Below, piece by piece: positions 13,087 through 25,300 of a stretch of 64,000 nt of DNA. Source of the stretch: Amphiscolops sp. MND2022 (lineage: Eukaryota); assembly GCA_964187785.1 (NCBI GenBank), contig OZ076409.1, forward strand, positions 18,168,001 to 18,232,000. Reading direction: 5' to 3'. The position numbers and the translations under genes were made by a program. How positions within the stretch are numbered: the stretch's first letter is position 1; every line of letters begins with the position of its first letter. A model generated the notes under the pieces. That model worked only from the letters and a program-made list of their open reading frames with translations, made no database searches and was not told the origin of the DNA.

Positions 13087-15385
13087 GATTATCGTCGGAA
13101 AAAACCTTCGAAGCCCAAAGATTGAGTTCCTTTAGGGCTTTCCCGGCTTGTTCTGTAGAAACTATTACACCTCTAAATCAGACCATATTGCTTCGGTAAA
13201 CCCTTATGCTAAACGTTTTTTTTTACTACGATGAATTTTTGGTTCATATATAAAACGTTTCGACGAAATCGATTTTGCTAGAATTATCGATTCAATTAAG
13301 CGATCGAGTGCCTGTGGACTATGATGTCATTTCCAAAGTTGCGTAGTCATAGACATCTTTTGGGAATTGTATCTTTGAAAAGATATAAATACACAACCGG
13401 TTCCTTTGTGGCTGTAGAATTTCTTCAATTGCAAAAACCCTTTATTGCCAAATGATTTTTCGGGACAAAAATTTTACTTCATAAGTCAAAAATCGGGATA
13501 ATTTCGAGTAAAAGAACAACCCTTTACACTTGAACAATAGATACAAATGACAACCAAGTTTTGCAATCACTCCTTTGCAAGTTGAAAAAGCTGCCAGCAA
13601 GCGTTTTAGTCAAAACCCAACACGTGAACGCGTTCAATGAAAATTATCTCACCTTCCTGCTAAGAAAATTGAATAGTCAGAAACAGACAACAGCTCAGAT
13701 TTGAAAAGAATTCAAAAGGGTTCAAGCGGCCGTCTGAAAATCATTTATATCTTTAATTTCAGCTTCTAATAGTTACATTCAATTTAATTCATAGCTACTT
13801 TTTTCTTTCACCGCTTTACTATTCAGCAAGTCAGTGCAATGGTCAAGAGCATATGAATCTTACTTCCTTTACCTAAATCTTACCTCCTTTTGAAATGAGA
13901 ATCCAATATTCTCTAATTCGTCTCCTTCCAACGTATGATAGACAACACTGGTTCTTGAGTTCATAATATTCGTTTGCATTGCATGATCACAAAAGAAAGG
14001 TGAAGTTTCACATAATCGGTCTTGGCCAAACAGATGTTCCAATCATTCATTACTTGGTGAGCGAAGTACTTGAAGTGACGCTTGATTGTTTAAAATTACT
14101 TGCTGCAAATGGTAACGATGTCTGACAATAGATAAACAATTTCATTTCTCATCGCAAGTCATGTACTAGCCGAAAGAATTTTCCGACTCTAACGAAAATT
14201 AGCTGAAAAAGACAGGAAGTGTGTGAAAACTGGAACTTTTTCCTTCCCCCCCCCCACACACTTTTCAAGATGACGTTTTTGCAATTAATTATATCTCAAT
14301 TGCGTTTCCAATGAAACAGTTCAGTTTTAAATTTATTTTCAGGGTGATAGTTTAGGATTCAGATACAAACTTTGTTCACACTTTTTCCCTATGTAGTCAC
14401 TCAGTTTTGATGAAGAAATCAACAGCTTCCCGTGTTGAGTCATCAATAGACACTCAATACGAACATAATTAGTCAAATTGTGTGAACAATGCTTTGTTCA
14501 AGCGGAAAACTACTCTAATAGTGTGGAGACAACAAAACAAAGGAAAAGACTTATTCGAAGAAATATTGAATGATATAGTCAAATATAATCCTCTATGTTG
14601 AGTTTGTTTTCTTTAAAAAGCGTGGGGGGAAAAAGAAAAAGAGCCTGAAAACTTTTTGTGAAGATAACTCAGAGCGTCAAAAATGAAAACTGAATACGAA
14701 ATTTACTTCTGCAGATTTCATTCACACTTTTATCTCGCACTACTGCTGTATTGTTGTGAATGTTTCAGAGCTTGAATGCAAGATTTTTAGGTTCTCGTCG
14801 AAAATTTCGACCCTGATGGCAATTATGAAAAAAGTTTCCGAAGACTTGTTAACAATATTAGCAATTTCAAAAAAATGATTTTGCTATTGGTTTTTTATTG
14901 GCAATAATTTTCACAAACAATCATCATGTGCTATCTTGAAACAAGGGACATCAAAGTTATTTTCTCAATTGCATTTTTTGGAATGATTTTTCGAAACGTT
15001 GTAAAGCTGAAGATTGTAGAGTATGTTCAGTGCTACGCAGGGGTTATACTCAAAACAGCAATTCTTTCGACATTGTAATTTTATCGAAATTGGTCGAATA
15101 CGGTTTCTACAACTTCACGAATTACATAGGAAAAGAACATAGGACAAAACTTTTTAGTGACTGGTTTGATGTAAAGGCACTCCATGTTTGAGCAAATTTT
15201 TGAAACTTTTTGAAGTAGTTGGTGAACGGATTGAGACAGAACTTTTGTCGGTAGCGCATGATGAGCAAGTTGATACCATCTTTTGAAGTTTTGGAACTTT
15301 CAATGACATGCAATTACATTAAAACCGATAATCAACTCAGAATATGAACAAATTGTGAAAGCTGTTATCTGAATCAGCAAAAGAC

Positions 15386-15733
15386 GGTTCTAGGACATTA
15401 CGCCCAAGGAAATTACGCCTAAACGGAAATTACGCCCAAGGAAAATAGGCTATTCAAAGAGAATAGCAGCGATTTTTTTCAGGTTATTATTTGAAGAGGT
15501 TAGCATGTTTGTTGTATGGCTCGGTCGCTTCGCTCCCTTCGCCAAGTAGCAACATTGAGGCATGGCCATATTGGAACGTCGCTTCGCTCCTGCATTTAGG
15601 GCACTAGGGGTATGTGAGTATAGCTGATTACATTATCGTAATTTCCTTGTGCGTAATTTACATTTGGGCGTAATGTCCGCTTTGGGCGTAATGTCCTTGG
15701 GCGTAATGTCTTTGGGCGTAATGTCCGGACACC
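15386..15733. mobile_element. MITE with GG..CC ends, 8-bp TSD CAAAAGAC and subterminal ATTACGCCCAA repeats
   Basis: GGTTCTAGGACATTACGCCCAA ... TTGGGCGTAATGTCCGGACACC. TSD at 15378-15385 and 15734-15741. Confidence 0.8.
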
Positions 15734-16392
15734 CAAAAGACAAATGCTGTGAAACTTCCATCTTGAGCACCCAACTCATTAACCTATTTCTTATAGACTC
15801 CCAACCAAAAAATGTGATGAAAACATTCAATTGCAATAATTTAAGTAGAATTTGAAAAATAAGATATGTTCTGTTTGAATTATTTACAATTTATAGAATC
15901 TGAGCTTTATAGAACCTGGAATGCATGACTGTGAGACGATAGAAGAAATTTCACATTGAAAAGAAGTCTGAATCGTAATCATCAGCAGGCTGTTTCAAAC
16001 TTTTCTTAGAAGGCTGCTCCACAATTTTGTTCAACCTAGAACAAAGTTAAATTATCGAAATTGATTTACATGTTGGAAAAAATAAAAGTATTCTTGAATT
16101 TTGGCCGAGCAAACTAAAAATTTGCCTTTTGCTCGACACTTCAGCACAAAAATTAACTCTAAAAATAAATTTGAAAGGTCTGTTCATCATGAACAGTTCA
16201 TTGCCATTTTTTTATTGAATTGGTGCATAAAAAGTGCACATAAGGAACCCAATTCTCCACATTTCACTTTTAGTACACAAAAACTAACACTTGATTATCA
16301 TAAGTGAAATTACAGATCGGGCAACGCGATGATTTGACCAAGCAAGGGTTTAAAAACTTTACTGAACTTATCTTCAAAAATTCATGAAATAT

Positions 16393-19300
16393 TCACATTT
16401 GAATAAACCCTAACAACCTTAACCTAGACTCTTTTCCCTTATTCTTCTCGGCATTGACAACTGGGGGTAAGGATTCATTCTCACGACGACTCTTGTTGTT
16501 GCCAGCTGCGTTTTTGGTAGCCAGGACTTTGGAGGGACTGGAAAAGACTGGAAACAGGGACTGGTGATGATTAACTCCTCGGCCTAGCCTGCCAATTGCA
16601 TGTTTATCTTGGCTGCTGATGGGAAACTTGTCTCGGGGGTTGGTTAATTTGGTGGACGTTTGAGCGTTGCTTTGGCCCAAATATCTCGATTTCACCAGAA
16701 CCGGTTGTTTGTCAGAAGCTTCGCGCAAAGTGTTCCGCAACTAAAATTAGCAACTAAAATAAGTTATGAATGTCAATAGAGGTTTGCACATCGTGGAATT
16801 TGATTTTTTTTCTGTTCATGCAATTACCTCGTTCGTTCAATAAAAATCAAAGGTCATTTTTCCAGAAGTTTAACGAATTTTGCAAAAACTACAGAAAAGT
16901 CATGTGAGCAAAAGCCTGTGATGGTTGGTTGAAGTTCCAAGCTCCATCTCACGTTTAAAAACGATTGGGTTGCGAAAGTTAGCTTCGAATTGATTATCCA
17001 AAAGCTCTCCGGGTCATACAACCTGAAGAGTCAATCAAATCATCACTTGTACCAGCTCGCTTATGTGTTCATATAATGAGGCATAAAATCACGAGTCCAG
17101 TGTATAGTCAGGTATCCGACCTCGGCCTCTTCGTAAGGAATACAAAATTGGCTGCATACAAATAAAGTATGGATCATCTTTATTCATCTTACTCCTAGCT
17201 TGGAAAAGGCCATTGAGCACTATTGATATCAATTTACCGACAAACTTTCTGCTTAATAAAGGAAAAACCATTCGTTCAAAATTCGCCACACATCAAGACG
17301 AGGTTAGTGACAGGTGCAATCCTTGACAGAGAAATAGTAGCAAAGAATTACCTTTGTTTCAATTTTGGCACTTTCATTTCCCAGCAAAGTTTTCTTAGGC
17401 TCCCTGATGGACTTTGGAGCACCTAGTGAACTATGACTGCTTGGTGCTGAGCTGTCGGATGTACTTGATTCGTCCTTCCCCACAGGGCTTTTTGAATAGC
17501 AGTGGAAATCTTCGGGGATTTGAAGCGTGTTGAAACAATGCTGGCACAACATCTTGATTTTCTTCAGCAGCGGCATGCTTTCGTTATCTTTGTATCTCCT
17601 GAAAAATCAAAATTACAATCTCTTATGTACTGTTGTATCTCACAAATAAGTATGAAAAGAATGTAATGCTGAAGCTTCTATTCTGTATCAAAGTATTAAG
17701 GTTAAGTGAATAGGTCAGCATATGTATGTTAAATGGTAGTACTATTGACTGGTACTAAATTGTCAGTACTACTATTTTTAGCACGTATGTAAATAAGTAC
17801 ATAATATGACGTCATGTCACATTCCCCCTTCCTTCGGGATGTAAGTGTACATACAGTGTAACTATAAATAAATATAACAAAGATGAACTCAAAGTTAAAC
17901 TCAAATTTCAAACGGTAGATATAGCACCGAATGATCAAAGTGTTTGTTTCTATTTTAGGTACGGTTTCCACCGTACAATCTTCTTCTTTTATCGGTTTTC
18001 TTCTTTCTTCTGAGTGTGCTCCTTCCGGTCGTTGTTTCTTGCTTCTCTTACTGGCTGTCGTTTGCGTTCCATTTGTTAACGGTGTTACCTGTAATAGTCA
18101 GAATGTGATTGGATTTCCATTTCTATTTATTGGATTAGTGGATCTTAGTCTAGTTGACTTTCGTATATTTTGTTCATTTTGGTTTTCGTTTGGTTCTATG
18201 TTTTCAGACTTTATTAAATCGGTATTACCGTTTTGATCTACCACTGTGATTACGTTTGGATCTTCTTCTGTTGTTGGTCTTGCATTGATTGTTGCTCCAG
18301 GTGTTGGTGTGTTCTTTCTGTCTCTGATTAACTTCTTTCGTCCTCTGCCGTACACTGGGCTGATATTTGTGTTCTCCCAGTCTAGTTCTGGAGTCACTGA
18401 GGTCAGTGTGTTGTTTAACACGTTTTCTTCTAGCACCGGTGTACTGCATCTTTCTGAGTGTTCCGCTGTATTGATGTTCTCCTCCTGATGTTCGATCGTT
18501 GTGAACCTTCCATCTTTTCCCCTCGGGTTTTCTCCTCGTCGGGATGGAGGATTCTGAAATATTTGGTTTAATGGTTTGCTTGCTCTTTTTCTATGTATTA
18601 TTTTGTTCGTATCCGTTATTATGGTGTGTTTTGTTCCGGCCACGGCCATTTGTGGTTTATTTTCGTATATACTTTCAAATTTGTTTCTATTTTGTTTTCT
18701 TTCGAGAAAGAGGTAAGGGAATTTGTTACTCACGTCTTCCTTTAGTTTTCTCGGGGTTTTCATTACCAGTTGATCGTATGTTCCGTTTCCGTTGGTAAAT
18801 GAATACACTTGCAGCGTCTCTGGTCTTGCTGAAACATTGTATTGTTTATTAGGTGACACATTCAAGTAATTATGAATTTCCGTTCGTGGCTTTCTGCCGT
18901 AATGACGTTCGAATGGTGTTTCTTTTATGCTTGAATGGATCGTCATTCTCATTACATTTAATGAACAACTTAATGCCTCGTTTATTACGTAACCTTCTTC
19001 GAGGTTAGTTCGTAAGTACTCTTTCAGTGTTTTGATTCCTCTTTCTACCAAACCAGTAGGGGTATGAATATACGGTGTTCCGTAAATTAATTTTATATTT
19101 AGTGATTTACAAAAATCTCTAAATTCCTTTCCGGTGAAGGCCGTGCCTTTATCTGTTCTTATGGTTTGTGGTAAACCATTTAGTGTTATGTATTGTTCCA
19201 AAAAGTTCTTTGCTGTTTTTCCGGTTGGTGTTTCACAAATACATGCCGCCGGTCATCTGCTATACCGGTCTATTGAGAGCAATATGTAAAATCTCCGGTG

Positions 19301-22300
19301 TTTAAATCTTATTGGTCCAATGAAATCCAATTGGATTTCTTGGTTGGTTTTTTCCGCCGGTGGTAAGTAGTTAATTTCAGTCATTGGTAGTTTTGGTTTA
19401 ATGTTCTTACCTGCCATTTTGCACGGGATGCATTCGTCGCATTTTTGTTGTATGTCCCGAATCAGTCGTGGCCACCAGAACGGTTTGGCTGCTGCTGTCA
19501 TTTTATTTATGGCCGCGTGTCCTTTGTGTAGTAACATTATAATGGTTGTCCTGAGTGATTTTGGAATAATAATTCGGTCGTCGTAGAATACCACACCGAA
19601 TCTCGTTGATAGTTGTCTATGGTAGGCTTTGTATTCTTCCGGGATTTGTTCTAATGTTCTTCGTTCGAGGCATACTAATGTTTTTAGTAGTTTCTCGTCG
19701 TCAGTTGTTTCTTTAGCAATTGTTCTCAGGTCAGTTGCAAATTTCTGCTCCGCTTCTCTAATTGTTTCTTCTAAATCCCATTTGTTTTCTTCTTGTATAT
19801 GACTGGCTTGTCCCATTTGAATATATCGGACACCGGTTGCTCCGATGTATTTTTTGAAATTTATTGCGGGAACGCCCAGGGATTCAATTGAACTTGTTGA
19901 TTCTGTTTCTACTTCTGGTGAATCTTCTTGTTCTTGTGTTTCCCTGCTTGTTTCTAATTGTTTTTCCTGTTTTTGTGGCAAGTTTCGGATTTTTTCGATA
20001 ACCCGGTACAGCTCATTTCTTCGTTCGTTTTCTTCTCCTGCTTCTTCATCTTGTTCTTCCATGCGATTTCAGAGCATTCTGTTTCTTCGTTGGTTCAGAG
20101 TCATTTCTATCCGTTTTATTTCTGCTCTGTGATGTCTTGGCTGATTATATTTTTTCCAAGCTCCGTTTGATGTTCTGTACTCTCCGGGTTTGACTAGTTC
20201 TCTCCAGCGTTTCGTCAAGTTTAGTGTTTCTTCTGAATGATCTTCTTTTTCGATTTGTTCGATTCGACGAATGTCCATTGTTATTTCTTAAACGGTTTGA
20301 ATGGTATTGAGTTTATTTGTATCGACTGTATTTGAATGTGGTAGCGATGAACTGCGTTTGTTTGCTTTGTTCTCTTTTGACTTCGGTTTGTTTGGTCTGC
20401 TTCGCTCTGATTGGTTGACGGTTTGTTCACGCTGTTCGTTTTGATCCGTTCGCGCTTCTAATTTCTTTTGACTGGCGACGCTGCCATAATTGTTGATGAA
20501 CTCGAGTAAAGGCATTATGCAATTAATTACGTACTCTTCATCGTAATTTTCGATCGGTTCTGGTTTTGAGGTTGGGTTTCTGCTCAGATAATCGGTTAGT
20601 GCTAAATGTTTTCCGGCGATATGTTTGATGTTTATATCAAAATGAGCCAAGCGGTCTAACCATCTTGTTAATCTTGCACTATATGTTTTGTTCGTTCGAT
20701 TTCTTTTGATTAATGGTTCCAACGCTTGGTGATCTGTTAATAGTTCTATTGGCTTTCCGTATATGTATAATCGAAAGTGTTCCAATCCCCACACTACTGC
20801 CAGTAGTTCTAGTTCATTTATCGCATATTTCTTTTCTGTGTCCGATAAATATCTGCTTGCGAATCCGACTGGTTTTAAATTTCCATCTTTTTGTTTTTGC
20901 CATAACGTTGCCCCCAGTCCTTTTGTACTGGCATCTGTGGTGATTATGTTTTCGTTTTGTGCGTTATAATGTGCCAGGCATGGTATTTTGGTTATGCCTT
21001 CTTCTAGCTTGTTGAATGCTTCTGTGTGTTCGTCTGTCCAAATCCATTCGTTTTGTTTTTTCAATAGCTTTCTCAGTACGTCTGTGTTTGCTGACAAATT
21101 TTCGATGTACTTCGATAAGTATTGTATTGCTCCCAGGAATGATTTTAATTCTTTTTCGTTTTTTGGTATGTTGATTTTTGTGATGGCTTCTAGTTTATCT
21201 TGTAATGGTCGTATTCCTTGCTGGTCAATTTTGTGTCCGACCCATTCGATTTCTTTTTTGAAAAATTCGCACTTTTTTGGGTTTAGTCTATAGCCGGCTT
21301 CTTCCAATTTCTTCATTGTCTCCCGAACTTCCGTTTCGAGTTCGTCAATGCTTCCTTTGGTGACTATAATGATGTCGTCTAACCATGCCGGGTGTTTGTG
21401 TTCAAGTGTCGTGTCTATCCGTTCTTGAAAAATTGTTGGTATATCGGCCAGTCCGTAAAATCCTTTCAAGAAACGATAGTATCCGGTAAAATCCCCTCCT
21501 GTTACAGTGAATATACAAAGGTTTTTTGTATTTTCGTCGAGTTTAATCTGACCGTAGGCGTAGTCAAAATCTAATTTTGTTGCCAAAATTTCGCCTTCTT
21601 TTCCTTCGGATATCTTTCTTGATATCCGTGAAATTAGCTCTTCCATATTTGGCATCTGAGCTTTTCTCTTTATTGTAACTTCGTTGAGTTTTCTGGAGTC
21701 TAGGGCAATTTTTATTGATTTGTCTATTTTCACTGTAATCACTGCAGGACTCACAAAACAATCTTCGGTGATTTCCGTTGCTCTTTCCAAGTATCCGTGT
21801 TTGATAAGTCGTTTGTTCTAGTGCCACTTGGTCTTGTAGGTGTATTGGGATCGGTCTTCCTTTTTGTTGTATTATTTGTGCCCCTTCTTTCAATTGTACT
21901 TTGACTGAGAGGTTCTTTATCTCTTTGTTGTTGTAGAATAAATCTTTGAAGTCGTTCTGGAGTTTTATTATTTTCTTGTCCATGTTGTCTAGTTTTATAT
22001 TGTGGATTTGGATTGCTTCGTTATTTGAGCTCAGGTTGATTTTTAACCGTTGCATCCAGTCCAATCCCATCAATGGTGATGTTTTCGCTTTTGTAATCAG
22101 TAGTGGTAATTCAATTGTCTCTTTGTTTGTTTTCAACAGTGCGTTCGTTTGTCCAGTAAATTCAATCCTTTGATTGTTTACATCTTTGTAAGTGGTTTTG
22201 AGTGGTTTAATTGTGGTTATATCGTTGAATAAGCACTCTGGAATTAGTGTTACTGGTGAGCCGCTGTCTATGATGAATTTTATTGGTACGTTGTTGACCA

Positions 22301-25300
22301 ATAGTGTTGCGTTGTAGAAATCTTTCTTCTAATCTTTATCGTTTATTCTTTGGATTCTATTGTAATCCCAGTTGTCTTCTTCTGCTGATGAAGTTGTTTT
22401 TTCGATGTATTGAACTCTTTTTGTGGATCTACACATTTTTTCATAGTGTCCTCTTCTTTTGCAATTTCTGCATTCTGCCATTTTCGCCGGGCATATGTGT
22501 TGTCTTGTCCAGTTTGGTGCGCCACATTGTCCGCATCGGTTATCTCTTTGTTTATATTTTTGATTTTCCGGTCGTCTTTTCGATTTGTCTTGATCGGTTT
22601 TGTCTGTCCACTTTCTTTTGTGTGGCCGTTCCTGCACATGTTTAATCTCCTTTCCATCATTTGAATTGTTCGATTCGTTCAATCGGTCGTACATGTGCTC
22701 GTGTATTAATGCTGTTATTGTTTCTATCGTCATGTCACTCTTTCGGATTTTCTTTTTTAATTCGTAGTCACCGGTTGACCGTCCGATTACAGAGAGAAAT
22801 TTTGAGGCTATTAGTTCGGCTGGTGTCACATTCTCGAACTCGCAATTCTTTTCCACTTGTAATATTCTGGTCCACACATCTTCCACTGTTTCATGTTTTT
22901 CTCTAGTTATCCCAGAAATCTGCTCTGCTGTGAAATTTGTTTCGTTCCGGTATGAAGTGTAACCGGAACAGTGAATATAGTTGGTTATTGTCCATTTTAT
23001 TTGGATCATTATCTCTAACGGTTCTTGTCATTTCCGTTATCGCTGACTCCCCCAGTGCCCATATAAATAAATCTTTGATCCGGTGTTCCAGATCGTCTCT
23101 GTAGTTCGGCAATATTTCGCGATCTGTTATCATTTCGTTTAGATCAATGTTTTGAGTCATCTTTATATACTGGGTGAACCTTCTCCACCATAATTTTGCC
23201 TCTTGTATTCCCCGTTTCTCGAACGTTGGTAACGTGATTTTTTGATGAGTTTTTTCTGTTTTTGCATTTGCTCTTTCGGGTAGTTCCCCACTTGATGAGC
23301 TTGTGCTTTCTGATGATTTTTGACTCTCCATCTTGCTTACTGCGCCATGTTGTATCTCACAAATAAGTATGAAAAGAATGTAATGCTGAAGCTTCTATTC
23401 TGTATCAAAGTATTAAGGTTAAGTGAATAGGTCAGCATATGTATGTTAAATGGTAGTACTATTGACTGGTACTAAATTGTCAGTACTACTATTTTTAGCA
23501 CGTATGTAAATAAGTACATGATATGACGTCATGTCACATGTACACAGTCCACTCCATGGAGCTATTACAAGCTATTTCCGTCATCACACCTCCCGTGCAA
23601 CTGGGTAAAACTTCTCGAAATGCAAAAAAAACTCGAAGTTCTCCCAGTTGGTATTGTAGGGATGAATTTTCCATAATTATTTTAAAGATTAAATCAACTT
23701 CAGGCAGGTTTCTTGATCCAAATCTTGAACAATAAACTCCGTAACAATAAGTGACATTTACTTCATGAACTCACTCCTTTCAAGTAATCAAGAAATACGA
23801 AGAAATTCAATACTCGCTTCCTATCGATGAAATTTATTCAAAAAGCTGTTCTAGAAGACAAATCAATGTTTTAGTTATCGTGTGAGTCTTCTGCGTACTA
23901 TACTAGAAACAAAACCTGCATCTACAACTGATTGCACAGGCTTCAATGTTACTCCGGCTCACACAGAAACCGGCTTGTACGCAGGGTTTTGACGTCGCTA
24001 TTTTTTTCGCTAATCGCTAAACCGCTGACTTTCAAATCCTCTATTTCCTTAAAAAAAGTTTTTCCTCAAACTATTCATTCTTTGACTTCAAGTGTTTTAA
24101 AATTAGAACCTTGACCTCATTTAGTTTCTGGAAGAAAAAACTTACATTTGTGTGGGTTTTATAAAAGGTAAAATGTTTTCGAAAATCATTTTGAAACTAC
24201 GTGAAAGGAAATTTTGAATTTAACGTACGTTTTATTAGTTATCGCTAATTTGAAACGCTAAAAAACCGCTAATTTGAATCGCAAAATTGTTAATTAACTA
24301 CTGCTTGTAAGAGATATAACCTGCAGAAATATAACTTGCCATACTGGTTTCCAAATATTACTTTTCTGTATTCGATTCTTTAATTGAGGTCGTTTCTCTC
24401 ATTCCCCTAGTTAGTGCCAAAACTGATGCAGTCACAGCTTGCTTAGGGTGAGTGAAATAACGGTGATGCGACTTTGGCATTCAGCTAACAATTCGCCAAC
24501 CTCAAATGAGGTGAAACTTACTCAGGTAAAACAAGAGGTTTGTTCTGATCGCAATTTTATGCAACAAAACTCATGCTGGCGTACCGACCATCAGTTATTG
24601 GGTGGGGGGTAATCTTTTCTTCCAGTAGGCTAGTGAATATCAGGAAATACCTTTAATTGCACTATTTTAGCTTCTTCAACTCATTGCAACGGCTTTGCAG
24701 GTGTTTGAAATCCGCATTTCAAGAATTTTGATCAATTACAAACTGTTGATTCTTCACTAACTGTTCTGCCAAGTAATGAAAAGCTTCGACAAAAGCGTCG
24801 AATCCGAGACCGGCACTCGCACTGTGCACTGAGGAGGATGACGAATTGGAAGAATAGAAGAGACCCCGTTTGGTCATTCTGATGAACAGCAAGTCAACTG
24901 AAGCTGCGGTTCCTCCACTTCCAGCTAACATAGTTTTGCTGTGAACAAAAATACACTCTACTCTGAGGAGGTTGGCAAAATTAAAAACGTCATAAGTCGG
25001 CGCCCCACTTGACAATCAAAGAGCAAAGACTTTCAAATATGCTCAGGTTATTTTTGAGTGAATTCTCAAAAAGCTGTGCCGAAAATAATGAAAGGAAAAC
25101 AGAAAACAAAAATCGAAGAGAGAGCCCTTGAGCGATTGAAAAATTTCATAGATCGCCGGGTAAAAACAAACAGATGAGGAAAGGAATACATATTTTGCTT
25201 CAATTGAGTCCACGGTGGCGACGAAACTGTACTAAACGCAATCCCAATCAAACTAATTAATAGAAGTTCATAAATTATACTGCTCAAAACGGTGTCCGGG

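Larger units (their letters stand above)
17631..23538 (-). mobile_element. Full-length Ty3/Gypsy LTR retrotransposon in a TTLL11 intron
   Basis: 191-bp TG..CA LTRs (17631-17821, 23348-23538) with one visible mismatch. 5-bp TSD TGTAC (17626-17630, 23539-23543). PBS, PPT and gag-PR-RT-RH-IN order. Confidence 0.97.

Noticed and set aside
15633..15855. DITPK-repeat ORF and CRISPR-like short repeats
   Set aside because: These are MITE subterminal repeats with no unique spacers, in a eukaryotic context.
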